Assembly (NCBI GenBank): GCA_964568925.1
Contig: CAZMSJ010000004.1
Location: 1 to 62,479 of the forward strand
Reading direction: 5' to 3'
DNA from: an uncultured Gammaproteobacteria bacterium
GTDB taxonomy: Bacteria > Patescibacteriota > Microgenomatia > UBA8517
DNA length: 62,479 nt
Shown: positions 47,675-57,140 of the stretch, in pieces
How positions within the stretch are numbered: the stretch's first letter is position 1
How the letters are laid out: each line of letters begins with the position of its first letter
Program-made: the position numbers and the translations under genes
Notes under the pieces: model-generated
The model's input: the letters and a program-made list of their open reading frames with translations, nothing else
What the model was told of the DNA's origin: nothing
Database searches by the model: none

Positions 47675-47781
47675 ACAAACCCCTTTTACTGATTCCTACA
47701 CGATTCAAGTAATCCTTTGTGTAGGCAGGGTATTCTACTTTAAAACTTATAGTTAGTCAATCTGGGGCTGTTTAATTGATT

Positions 47782-47810
47782 TTGACCAGAAAGATGGCGC
47801 CCTATATAAT
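47782..47810 (+). promoter_or_regulatory. Sigma70-like promoter (TTGACC-17-TATAAT) for valS
   Basis: Near-consensus hexamers with a 17-nt spacer. This argues against the track start at 47776. Confidence 0.5.
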
Positions 47811-47829
47811 TGCAGTACAAACGAAACCC

Positions 47830-50019
47830 ATGGACAAAGCATTTGATTCCCAAAAACACGAAGAACTCCTCTACGAGCTCTGGGAAACTTCTGGTGCTTT
47901 TACACCGAAAGCTGATGGCAAACGACCATTTACGATCATTATGCCTCCACCAAACGCGAATGATCCGCTTCATGTTGGGCACGCAATGTTTATTTCAATT
48001 GAAGACATCTTAACTCGCTATCATCGAATGAAAGGGGAGTCAGCACTTTGGCTTCCAGGAGTTGATCATGCCGGAATTGAAACACAGTTTGTGTTTGAGA
48101 AAAAACTTGCCAAGGAAGGTAAATCCCGTTTTGATTTTGATCGTGAATCTTTGTACCAAAAAATTTGGACATATGTTCAAGATAATTCTGGAATTGCCGT
48201 TAACCAAATGAAGAGACTTGGGGCGTCTGCCGATTGGAGTCGCTTCACTTTTACTCTTGATCCTCAGGTTGTCGACTTTGTGTATGACACATTTATAAAA
48301 CTTCATGGTGACGCACTTATTTATCGAGATGAGAAGTTAGTTAACTACTGTGTAAAGTGTGGAACAGGGTACTCAGAACTTGAAATTGATTATGAAGAAC
48401 GCGTTGACCCGCTTTACTATGTTAAATATCAACTCGTTGGTAAAGAAAACGAGTTTGTAACGGTTGCCACAGTTCGCCCTGAACCAATTTTTGCGGATAC
48501 TCACTTGGCAGTAAACCCGAAGGACAAGACAAAAGAATACTTGGTTGGAAGGCAAGTTATTAATCCATTAACAGGAGCTTTGATGGATATTATTGCAGAT
48601 GAATACGTTGATCCTGAATTTGGAACCGGTGTTGTAAAACTTACTCCAGCTCATGATGCTAATGATTTTGAAGTCGCTAAGCGCCACGGGCTTCCAGTTA
48701 ACACGGCAATCACTATGTGGGGACGACTCTCTGATGATGCTGGTGCTTGGGCTGGATTAAAAGTAGCTGAAGCTCGAAAAAATATTGTTGAATTTTTGCA
48801 AGCGAAAGGGAACCTTGAAAAGGTAAATGAAAAATATACCCATCGTGTTGGAACCTGTTATCGTTGCCACTCAGTCATTGAACCAATGCCACTTCCACAG
48901 TTCTTTATCTCAGTAAAACCACTTACTGAAAAAGTGTTAACTGCTCTATCTGAGAAAAAATCAAAAGTACATGGAGCTGGAAGAGACAAAATTCTAGTGA
49001 ACTGGTTAACTAATCTTCGCGATTGGAACATTAGTAGACAAATTGTGTGGGGTATTCGATTACCAGTTTGGTATGAGGTAGAACAAAACCCTCATATCTC
49101 TGTAACCTTTTTAAACAATAAGCAAGAGAAAGTAAGAGGAACAATTTCTGAACTCTTGAAAAATTATTCTCTTGAAGAAATAAAGAAAGGATTGCAGTCA
49201 GTCATCGCACCAAAAGGAGCTCCATTTATTGTTTCTAAAACTGAACCAACTGAAACATGTATTCAAGAAACAGATACCTTTGATACTTGGTTCTCATCAG
49301 GACAATGGCCAGTAGTTACTTTAAAGATTCGTGAAGGGGATTTTGAAACCTTTTATCCAACCTCTGTTATGGAAACAGGCTATGACATTTTGCCTTTCTG
49401 GGTAATGCGTATGTACATGCTCGGGATGTACTTAACTAATGAAGTTCCATTTAAAGACGTGTATCTTCATGGACTTATCCGTGATGCACAGGGAAGAAAG
49501 ATGAGTAAAAGTGTAGGCAACGTTATCAATCCGCTAGATATGGTTGAAAAGTATGGGGCTGATGCAATTCGTATGGCCTTGGTCATGGGATCAACACCAG
49601 GACAGGACAAGAGTGTCGGTGAACAGACTATCAAAGGAATGCGTAACTTTTCCAACAAAATTTGGAATGCTACTCGATATGTAAACGAATTAACTGGGAA
49701 AGAAGAAGTAGGAATACGAGACAAAGAATTTACAGACAAAATGACAACAGTTGTTCGTGATGTAACTGAACAACTTGATAAGTTAAAGATTGGGCAAGCA
49801 GCTGAGCTTATATACAGTGCTTTCTGGCATTGGTTCTGCGACGAGATGATTGAAGCACACAAAAAGAGCGAACTTTCTGATGCTGTAATTACCTCAGGAA
49901 TGAAGACATTTTTACTTCTGTTGCATCCATTTGCACCATTTGTAACAGAAGCCAGTTACCAAGCAGCTTTTGCATCAAAGGGAAAACTCCTCATTACTGA
50001 AGAGTGGCCACAGGCATAA
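47830..50019 (+). CDS. valS: Valyl-tRNA synthetase (short form)
   Basis: PPPNANDPLHVGH (HIGH-type), GVDHAGIETQ, and KMSKS (GRKMSKSVGN). Confidence 0.9.
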   Translation: MDKAFDSQKHEELLYELWETSGAFTPKADGKRPFTIIMPPPNANDPLHVGHAMFISIEDILTRYHRMKGESALWLPGVDHAGIETQFVFEKKLAKEGKSRFDFDRESLYQKIWTYVQDNSGIAVNQMKRLGASADWSRFTFTLDPQVVDFVYDTFIKLHGDALIYRDEKLVNYCVKCGTGYSELEIDYEERVDPLYYVKYQLVGKENEFVTVATVRPEPIFADTHLAVNPKDKTKEYLVGRQVINPLTGALMDIIADEYVDPEFGTGVVKLTPAHDANDFEVAKRHGLPVNTAITMWGRLSDDAGAWAGLKVAEARKNIVEFLQAKGNLEKVNEKYTHRVGTCYRCHSVIEPMPLPQFFISVKPLTEKVLTALSEKKSKVHGAGRDKILVNWLTNLRDWNISRQIVWGIRLPVWYEVEQNPHISVTFLNNKQEKVRGTISELLKNYSLEEIKKGLQSVIAPKGAPFIVSKTEPTETCIQETDTFDTWFSSGQWPVVTLKIREGDFETFYPTSVMETGYDILPFWVMRMYMLGMYLTNEVPFKDVYLHGLIRDAQGRKMSKSVGNVINPLDMVEKYGADAIRMALVMGSTPGQDKSVGEQTIKGMRNFSNKIWNATRYVNELTGKEEVGIRDKEFTDKMTTVVRDVTEQLDKLKIGQAAELIYSAFWHWFCDEMIEAHKKSELSDAVITSGMKTFLLLLHPFAPFVTEASYQAAFASKGKLLITEEWPQA

Positions 50020-50493
50020 CTACTTTTTGTAGTAGGACTTCATCTGAGCCAAGAGATAAAAACAAAAAACTGGACCCAACAAAGTAATTAGTTTTGTTTG
50101 CCCAAAAGAAATTCTAACGAGTGTCTCTAAAGTTACAATAGCTTCTGCTACAAACAGGAGTGTCCATCCTTCAATTTTTCTTGTCCGTAATGGTTTATAT
50201 GCCCACAAAAGAACAAAGCCTCTTGGTATCCACAAGAGAGCAAGGAGAAGTGTTGAAAGAAATATTAACGGATTTCCTTGTGTTACAAGGTATATAAGAC
50301 TGATTACACACATCGTTGGACCAAAGATTAATGAGATATATGCCCCCACAATGACTAAATATGGAATTACTTTCACAATAAACTCAGTCAAAACATCAGG
50401 CAAAGGAGGCAAGGAGTTAAAATATGTATTCGTGCGATTTACTACTTTTGTAACCTCTTGACTCGTAATTTTCTCTTTAAATCTTTGAAGCAT
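50020..50493 (-). CDS. Polytopic membrane protein, unknown function
   Basis: Four hydrophobic segments. Convergent with valS, with no gap between them. Confidence 0.5.
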   Translation of the reverse strand: MLQRFKEKITSQEVTKVVNRTNTYFNSLPPLPDVLTEFIVKVIPYLVIVGAYISLIFGPTMCVISLIYLVTQGNPLIFLSTLLLALLWIPRGFVLLWAYKPLRTRKIEGWTLLFVAEAIVTLETLVRISFGQTKLITLLGPVFCFYLLAQMKSYYKK

Positions 50494-50613
50494 TCTTTAT
50501 TCTATCAGTGGATTTGTGTTTCAGGGAGAAGTAGTCATGTATAACAAGTCAATTGAAAAACATCTGCTTTTTTTGTCAAGATCATCTGTGCTATTCTTTT
50601 TATGTAACCTGTC

Positions 50614-52647
50614 ATGAAAAAGAAATCTCAAAGAAATAACTTCCTTCTCCCTGTCATTTTAGCCCTCGCTAGTTTGTCAGTTATTTTTATCGCTGCTCAG
50701 AAAACCCCTACAACAGAGCAGAGCTTGGCAGCTGTTGCTCCAACCACATATAGCTACACACCAAAAGCAGGTTCATATGTTTGGAATGAAGAGTTTGGCA
50801 CGAGAGGCAGTGGATCAAAGTGGCTTGGGACTGGAACAGACACAAAGGGAAGCTACACCGTTATTACTGTTGTTGGAAATGCTATTCCAAAAGGATCTAT
50901 TGTAACAAGTGCAAAGTTAACTCTCACTTCATTGCAGCAACAAAGCAGTCCAGCGTATACCGTTTTTCATGCTGAATATGCTCCAGGTACCCACGGAGGA
51001 CAAACCGCAGGACAATGGCCAAGTACTGTTGCGAATGTCATTTTTAAAACAATTAACGTTTCATACACACAAAATCAACAAATAACAATTGATCTAACTC
51101 CTGTGTTAGCTGAATTAATCGCGAAAGAAGGAACAGCAGGAACGATTAATTTGGTTGCTCATGGAGGAACAACAAAAAATGAAAAGTTCTTTATCTATGG
51201 AGGGGACGCAACAACAGCTAGTTACAAGCCAACCCTTACTCTTTTATTCACTCAACCAGTTGTGGCAACCCCAACACCAACAGCGACGCCAGTTCCAACT
51301 GTCGCACCAACTGCAACACCACTTCCAACTAATGTTGTTGTACCAACCCCAACTTCAGCTGCGTCTGGTGACTTTATAAAAAGATCTGGAGCAGATTTAT
51401 ATTTGAATGGACAAAAGATTCGTTTAGTTGGTGCCAACATCTATTGGCTTGGAATGGCAGAAGCAGGTGGAGTTTCACAACCTGCTCAAGTTGAAGTAGA
51501 TGACGCTCTCCAAACTGCAAAAGAAATGGGTGCAAATGTCGTCAGATCATTTGGGACTATTTCAGTTGGTTGTGCAATCTGTATCGAGCCATCACTAAAC
51601 ACGTTTAATGAAAATGGATTTAAGTCTCTTGATTATGCAATTGCTTCAGGAAAGAAACTTGGATTGCGCTTTATCTTTACTCTTACTGACAATTATCAAT
51701 ACTATACTGGTGGAAAATATACCTTCACAAATTGGAGAGGGGTATCAAATGAACAGTTCTTCACTAACGCCACCGTCATTGCTGACTACAAAAATTACAT
51801 CCAAAAAATATTAAATCACGTTAATCCTTACACTGGTGTTGCATACAAAAATGAACCAGCAATTATGGCTTGGGAAACAGGAAACGAACTCTATGTTGGT
51901 GCTGCTTATTCAAAAACAAGTTTCTCAACCTGGACAGATACCATTTCAACCTACATTAAATCACTTGCTCCTAATCACTTAGTAATTGATGGACGATACG
52001 GAATTGATGATGCAAGTTTGCGCCTCGCGAACGTTGATATTTATTCAAACCACTACAGAAGTGTTACTGATATTCCAGGTGAAGCTAACTACGTACGAAA
52101 CAATGGTAAGGCATATCTCTTGGGAGAATATGATTGGACCGGAAAAAGATTAACCGTTACACTCCCAGACTACCTAAACACGATCAAAAACGCTGATGTT
52201 GATATCGTTGCATTCTGGTCACTTTTTGGACACAACGATACCTATGGTTTTATCCAACATGGTGATGGGTATACCTTGCACTACCCAGGGGACAATTCTG
52301 ATATGAGGACACGTGCAAGCCAAATTCGTTCTGCCTACTATGGTATTCGTGGACTCTCAGTCCCAGCTCATGGAGTTCCAGGTACACCAACTCTAAACAC
52401 CTTAACAAAGTCTGGTAGTAGTATTTCAATCACCTTCAGAGGTTCAGTGGCATCAGCGTCATATCAAGTCTTGAGATCTGTTGATGGTGGTTCAACATGG
52501 ACAACCGTTGTCGCTAACTTGAATGAAAACAATCTTCCATACATTGATAGTTCCAGTTGGAGCGGAACAGCCCTCTACAAGGTGAGAGGGGTTAACTTGG
52601 GTGGAGTATACGGAAACTTCTCTAATACTCAAACCATCACGAAGTAA
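50614..52647 (+). CDS. Secreted glycoside hydrolase family 5-like enzyme with N-terminal accessory domain and C-terminal Fn3-like domain
   Basis: Signal/TM segment, then a PT-rich linker. The catalytic domain has WETGNEL (acid/base) and LLGEYDW (nucleophile). The C-terminus is Fn3-like (YQVLRSVDGGSTWTTV). Confidence 0.75.
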   Translation: MKKKSQRNNFLLPVILALASLSVIFIAAQKTPTTEQSLAAVAPTTYSYTPKAGSYVWNEEFGTRGSGSKWLGTGTDTKGSYTVITVVGNAIPKGSIVTSAKLTLTSLQQQSSPAYTVFHAEYAPGTHGGQTAGQWPSTVANVIFKTINVSYTQNQQITIDLTPVLAELIAKEGTAGTINLVAHGGTTKNEKFFIYGGDATTASYKPTLTLLFTQPVVATPTPTATPVPTVAPTATPLPTNVVVPTPTSAASGDFIKRSGADLYLNGQKIRLVGANIYWLGMAEAGGVSQPAQVEVDDALQTAKEMGANVVRSFGTISVGCAICIEPSLNTFNENGFKSLDYAIASGKKLGLRFIFTLTDNYQYYTGGKYTFTNWRGVSNEQFFTNATVIADYKNYIQKILNHVNPYTGVAYKNEPAIMAWETGNELYVGAAYSKTSFSTWTDTISTYIKSLAPNHLVIDGRYGIDDASLRLANVDIYSNHYRSVTDIPGEANYVRNNGKAYLLGEYDWTGKRLTVTLPDYLNTIKNADVDIVAFWSLFGHNDTYGFIQHGDGYTLHYPGDNSDMRTRASQIRSAYYGIRGLSVPAHGVPGTPTLNTLTKSGSSISITFRGSVASASYQVLRSVDGGSTWTTVVANLNENNLPYIDSSSWSGTALYKVRGVNLGGVYGNFSNTQTITK

Positions 52648-52800
52648 AGACTTCCCAATTCTTCATTCTTCTTTGGAACATACTTCCTTTTATTCTTGTG
52701 ACCTTCTCTATATACGATATGTCTATCAAGCTCGTCTCACATATATATAATTAACTACATTGTAAGAAATCTGCCATCTATCGGAATAGTCTGTATCGAG

Positions 52801-53907
52801 TTATTTCCTTCTATTGAAGTACACAACAGCAAGTGCTGTTGTAATGGGAACCGCCAAGATGAGTCCTATGCTTCCAATTAATGTTTTAACTATCTCTTCA
52901 GCAATAATTTCATAGTTTATGATCTCGCTAAATGGATGAGGGTTATTTAGAAACAATAACAGTAATGGGAGTGACGCACCTGCATAGACTAAGACTAAAG
53001 TATTAACTAGGGAAGCAATGTGATCTCTCCCGACTCTCATTCCGCGTGTGAATAAATCATACTGAGACAGTTTTTTATTAGCTTCTCGCAATTCTTTTAT
53101 AACACTTGATTGTGAAATTGTAATATCATCCAAAATACCTAATGAAGAGATAATCATTCCTGCAAGGAGAAGACCTTTGATGTTTATTTTCCCTGCAAGT
53201 TCATTTTGTAAAAAGCCAGCTTCTTCTGATGAATATCCTGTTAGGTGTGTAAACTCTACAAAAAAGCTTGCCAAGATTCCTATTACAACTAAGGTAATCA
53301 GGGTACCTACGATTGCCACATTGGTCTTTACGTTAAAGCCATGTGAAAGATAGAAGGTTACCGGAATAATTGCTGCTGAGCCAATGACGGCGATAAGGAT
53401 TGGATCATTTCCTGCTAAAAGGCGAGGAAGGATAAAAGTGAAAATAATCAGAAATGAAAAGGCCATACCAATTAATGACGTTGCACCCCAGACGCCCCCC
53501 ACAAACACTGTACAAACGATAAACAGAAGAGCTAATACTAAGAGAGGTGTACGACGAACATAGTCAGTTATAAAGAAAATTTCTTTGCCATCTAGATCTT
53601 TACTCATCACAACCTGCAGTCTGTCTCCTTCTTTGTATCTTTGTAGATTTGATGAATCGAGATTCCCGTTTTCAACAACAATAACTCGTCCTTTGAGTGA
53701 CCCTTTCAAAACTTCCATTTCAAGTCTTTGAAACGGATGGGTGCCAAATTCATTTTCAATTACCCCATTTTTAACTACGTTTGTGACAAGAGCCTCAAGT
53801 GTTTCATCTGGAGTTTGTGAAGGAATCTCTTGGGCATGCAAAGAATGTGGAGCAAAAATAAGATATAAACAAAGGAATGAAATGGTAAGGATATTTTTTA
53901 ATATCAT
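52801..53907 (-). CDS. YibE/F-like polytopic membrane protein
   Basis: Signal peptide, a soluble N-domain of about 110 aa, then 7-8 TM segments. The pattern is recalled from the YibE/F family and is not verified. Confidence 0.5.
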   Translation of the reverse strand: MILKNILTISFLCLYLIFAPHSLHAQEIPSQTPDETLEALVTNVVKNGVIENEFGTHPFQRLEMEVLKGSLKGRVIVVENGNLDSSNLQRYKEGDRLQVVMSKDLDGKEIFFITDYVRRTPLLVLALLFIVCTVFVGGVWGATSLIGMAFSFLIIFTFILPRLLAGNDPILIAVIGSAAIIPVTFYLSHGFNVKTNVAIVGTLITLVVIGILASFFVEFTHLTGYSSEEAGFLQNELAGKINIKGLLLAGMIISSLGILDDITISQSSVIKELREANKKLSQYDLFTRGMRVGRDHIASLVNTLVLVYAGASLPLLLLFLNNPHPFSEIINYEIIAEEIVKTLIGSIGLILAVPITTALAVVYFNRRK

Positions 53908-54110
53908 GAATAGGGAAAACTATTATATAGCGCCTTGTGCATAATTATACTTCTTTGAGGTACCTATCACTAGACAACACCTATTTGCAAAAGTAGGAGA
54001 TCTGCTCTTAGGGCTGGAGACGGTACTCAGCTGGAACCTTCGCAGTCTTATTACTCCAGATCTAATTCTGCAACTTAGCATCCTCAAAGCCCATATAAAT
54101 ATTAAAAGCT

Positions 54111-54815
54111 TTACTGATAATTAAGCTTAAATGACGAAATGATGTCTTGAATGTCGAGATAGTAAGGCTTGGTGGTCTCTAAAGGTATGCCGCCAACTGA
54201 AATAAAATGATCTTTTCTATCAAAAACAAAAACAGAATTTGTCGATGATATTAATTCATAGCCCTGAATATTGTTAACAGTCTTTGGAGTAGCTTTATAC
54301 CCACGTTGATCAACAGAGTATTGTATATATTCTTGAAAATTCGAATAGTTTGGATTTGGTTTACTCACCCCAATTACAAAATAAGCTCCACTATCCAATT
54401 GGCCATTGTCTAAAGATGTCTCAGGAGCTGTAATATCACAAATATTTCTATCTAACCAATTATCATCTTGTGGTTTAGTGCAGTTTAATTTCCAGTCTTT
54501 TGGATACTGAAAACTAAATTGATAATCTTCCTCCGAATATGTTAGCACTTTAGAATTTACTATTGCAGATGGAGATGTTTGAGGAATACTTGGTTCATTA
54601 GAAGTCAATTCCTTACTACTGATATCGTTCCCAGAATGTACCGACTGTGTACCTAGATAATACCCTCCTACACCGAAAATAATTGCAGATACTACTACGG
54701 TAATTAGTATTTGTAATAAATTTAGTTTCGCAATAATACGTGTGGGGGCATGAGAAAGTGGAGCTACATCATTAGCTTGGGTACCTTGTTGGTTAAGAGT
54801 TATTTGATTTTCCAT
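54111..54815 (-). CDS. Membrane-anchored extracytoplasmic hypothetical protein
   Basis: A single TM helix (LLQILITVVVSAIIFGVGGYYLG) followed by a soluble domain of about 170 aa. Confidence 0.5.
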   Translation of the reverse strand: MENQITLNQQGTQANDVAPLSHAPTRIIAKLNLLQILITVVVSAIIFGVGGYYLGTQSVHSGNDISSKELTSNEPSIPQTSPSAIVNSKVLTYSEEDYQFSFQYPKDWKLNCTKPQDDNWLDRNICDITAPETSLDNGQLDSGAYFVIGVSKPNPNYSNFQEYIQYSVDQRGYKATPKTVNNIQGYELISSTNSVFVFDRKDHFISVGGIPLETTKPYYLDIQDIISSFKLNYQ

Positions 54816-54905
54816 AGTAAGTAAATACTATCATTTTTGAAAATGCTTCACCTCCTCACTAAAGGTTAATTAATTTAACTTTATGGTTACTAGTGTCACG
54901 TTGGG

Positions 54906-54976
54906 AGCGGGTACCGGGAATCGAACCCGGGCCGAAAGATTGGAAATCTCTCGTTCTACCATTAAACTATACCCGC
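54906..54976 (-). tRNA. tRNA-Gly (TCC)
   Basis: Hand-folded: acceptor GCGGGTA/TACCCGC, anticodon loop TTTCCAA, T-arm CCGGGTTCGATTCCCGG. Confidence 0.85.
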
Positions 54977-55123
54977 GAAGAATGTGTCTATTTTATAATA
55001 GTCCAGCCAGTTTTGCCACCTTTTCGTGTTTATTCTTCAATCTGGTCCGTTTTTGCCTATGGAGAAGTCTTTTTGTATAATACCTCTTGTCCAAGCGTTT
55101 ACCATGAAAAAGGAGTGATTTTC

Positions 55124-55510
55124 GTGAAATTTATCCGCACAAACATCGTCTACATAGCCATGGTTATTGTGACCGCGGTCTTTGTTATTGGGAATCTTAT
55201 TTCCTTACACAACACGATCGTTGCCACTCATCAGCTTGTTTTTAACGTCCCTATGAAGGTTCAATTTATTAGTGAACCTAAAATGGTAAATGGGGTGTTG
55301 GCTCGAGTCATGAGTGTTGAATGGGACCCAGAAGGCCATCCTGGTAAATTTGATAAATTCTATTATTCAGCAGGATCTTTTGAAGAAATACAAACCAAAA
55401 GAGTCTCCGGTGGTTGCATTATGACGATGATTCAAACTGAGGACGAAACACTGCTGCAGGTTAAATTACCTGTTTCAGGACGAAAAGCATGCCCAACTGA
55501 GGAGTCCTGA
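55124..55510 (+). CDS. Membrane-anchored hypothetical protein (128 aa)
   Basis: AAAGGAG SD before the GTG at 55124. The upstream part of the track ORF runs across tRNA-Gly. Confidence 0.45.
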   Translation: MKFIRTNIVYIAMVIVTAVFVIGNLISLHNTIVATHQLVFNVPMKVQFISEPKMVNGVLARVMSVEWDPEGHPGKFDKFYYSAGSFEEIQTKRVSGGCIMTMIQTEDETLLQVKLPVSGRKACPTEES

Positions 55511-55525
55511 CCTAGGACACAAAAA

Positions 55526-55555
55526 AGGACTCGATTTCTCGAGTCCTTTCTTTTT
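55526..55555 (+). terminator. Rho-independent terminator (or IS200 left-end terminator hairpin)
   Basis: AGGACTCGA-tttc-TCGAGTCCT followed by TTCTTTTT. Confidence 0.7.
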
Positions 55556-55556
55556 G

Positions 55557-56130
55557 TATCCATGCAGAGAACCCCGTACGAGCTACCTTGCAAGCGAAGC
55601 GCTGCGAGTGCGGGGGTGAATGGGGATATCACCTGAAAGGTGATATCCTGTTTCCGTGAGAATTCGTCAACTAAACCACAGTGTATATCAGGTGCTGTAC
55701 CATATTGTGTGGGGTACCAAGTATCGGAGAAATATATTGAAGGAGTATACAAAGGTTGAGTTAACAAAGAGTGTGTACAAAGTATTGAAGTCACACCCAG
55801 ATTGGTATCTCCAGAGCTTAAACACAGATCTAGATCATGTACATATCTTGATCGAAATACCTCCAAAATATGCAGTCTCCACCGTTATCCAACAAATTAA
55901 GGGAAGAACAGCACATGATTTGAGAAAAAGATTTTCCTATATCAATCGAATCTACAGCAAAACAGAGTCAATGTGGAGCCCAGGATACTTTGTATCCACG
56001 GTTGGGTTGAATGAGGAAACGATACGCAGGTATGTTGAGAGACAGGCAAGACAGGATGTGGGAATGGATATCACTGACGAGTTCTTACGGCCGCCCAAAG
56101 GAAACCCCGGACTTTAGTCCGGGGAGGAGG
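55557..56130 (+). mobile_element. IS200-type insertion sequence (IS200/IS605 family, tnpA only); ends approximate
   Basis: Y1 transposase ORF flanked by subterminal hairpins: GGATATCACC-tgaaa-GGTGATATCC (55624..55648) and CCCCGGAC-ttta-GTCCGGGG (56105..56124). The left flank is locally GC-rich. Confidence 0.65.
55656..56117 (+). CDS. tnpA: IS200/IS605 family Y1 (HUH) transposase TnpA
   Basis: YHIVWGTKYRR, HUH motif HVHILIEIP, and C-terminal PGYFVSTVG...IRRYVERQ tyrosine region. Length 153 aa. Confidence 0.85.
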   Translation: MRIRQLNHSVYQVLYHIVWGTKYRRNILKEYTKVELTKSVYKVLKSHPDWYLQSLNTDLDHVHILIEIPPKYAVSTVIQQIKGRTAHDLRKRFSYINRIYSKTESMWSPGYFVSTVGLNEETIRRYVERQARQDVGMDITDEFLRPPKGNPGL

Positions 56131-56138
56131 TCCTTTTG

Positions 56139-56211
56139 TCGGAGTGCCCAGATTCGAACTGGGGACCTCTCGCTCCCAAAGCGAGCGCTCTACCAACTGA
56201 GCCACACTCCG
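56139..56211 (-). tRNA. tRNA-Pro (TGG)
   Basis: Hand-folded: acceptor CGGAGTG/CACTCCG, anticodon stem CTCGC/GCGAG with loop TTTGGGA, T-arm CCCAGTTCGAATCTGGG. Confidence 0.85.
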
Positions 56212-56269
56212 AAACTTGCTTCAAGGGCTATTATATCAATAATTCAGCAAATTCGCTAAAATAGAAAAT

Positions 56270-57106
56270 ATGCACCTAAAAAAATTCTACCCAGACACGA
56301 TTGTACCACTCCTCTTAACTTTTGCAGTATTTGCTTTTTTTGTAGCCCTTTTGTTTGGGGAAATTAAAGTATTAAACCTTTTAGTTATTGCTCGTGAGCC
56401 TATTTTAATTCGAATTCTTCTTTCAGATGTGTTAATTGGAATGACAATTTACCTGAAAACCTCGATAGATTTTGCCATTTTCATCGGAAGACTGATGAAT
56501 ACCTATCCTGGATGGAAGAACCGCGTCATGATTGAAATTGGAACGGCTGCAGGCAATGCTCTTGGCACCTTTGCCATTCTTATTATTTGGGATGTATTTC
56601 GAGAGGTGAGGTTTTTAATGGCGGCAATGATTGTCCTTGCTGCATTGGTATTAATTCGTATGGCAGAAGATGGTTTGGAGCATGCTCGTACCAAAGACAA
56701 AACCTATCCAGTTAACATCCTTAATTGGGTTCACTATTTTGAAAAAGCACTTCAAACGATAAATAAAGCTGTCGCTCCTGTTTTGTCACGTTTAATTCCA
56801 AATCTCTCTGTGAGTGAAAAGAAGAAGATAACTTTTAAAGGATTGTTCCTTCTCTCGTTTACCGTTCCTTTTATATTAGGTTTGGATGATTTTGCGGGCT
56901 ACATTCCATTGTTTAATGTCGTTAACGTCTTTGGTTTCGCAACTGGAGTTTTCCTTGGGCACATGATCTTAAATATATTCCTTTTCTTGTCTCCTCAGGC
57001 AACAATTCGTATTGTCAAAAATCCAATCATTTCGTTAATTGGAAGTGTTGCCTTCGTTGCTTTGGCTGTTTGGGGTATTGTGGAGGCCATCCACTTAGTG
57101 GGTTAA
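56270..57106 (+). CDS. Polytopic membrane protein, unknown function
   Basis: About 8 hydrophobic segments. Possible internal repeat (SIDFAIF and GLDDFAGY). Family not recognised. Confidence 0.55.
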   Translation: MHLKKFYPDTIVPLLLTFAVFAFFVALLFGEIKVLNLLVIAREPILIRILLSDVLIGMTIYLKTSIDFAIFIGRLMNTYPGWKNRVMIEIGTAAGNALGTFAILIIWDVFREVRFLMAAMIVLAALVLIRMAEDGLEHARTKDKTYPVNILNWVHYFEKALQTINKAVAPVLSRLIPNLSVSEKKKITFKGLFLLSFTVPFILGLDDFAGYIPLFNVVNVFGFATGVFLGHMILNIFLFLSPQATIRIVKNPIISLIGSVAFVALAVWGIVEAIHLVG

Positions 57107-57112
57107 CAAATG

Positions 57113-57134
57113 AAGCCACCATTTCTGGTGGCTT
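57113..57134. terminator. Bidirectional hairpin terminator
   Basis: AAGCCACCA-tttc-TGGTGGCTT between convergent genes. Confidence 0.65.
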
Positions 57135-57140
57135 ATCTTC

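Noticed and set aside
54883-55123. Track ORFs 54883..55080 and the 5' part of 54893..55510.
   Set aside because: They read straight across tRNA-Gly (54906..54976). A GTG with an AAAGGAG SD at 55124 gives a sensible membrane-anchored protein instead.
56011-56259. 82-aa plus-strand ORF spanning the IS200 right end and tRNA-Pro.
   Set aside because: It overlaps tnpA out of frame and reads across the tRNA-Pro gene, so it is an artefact.
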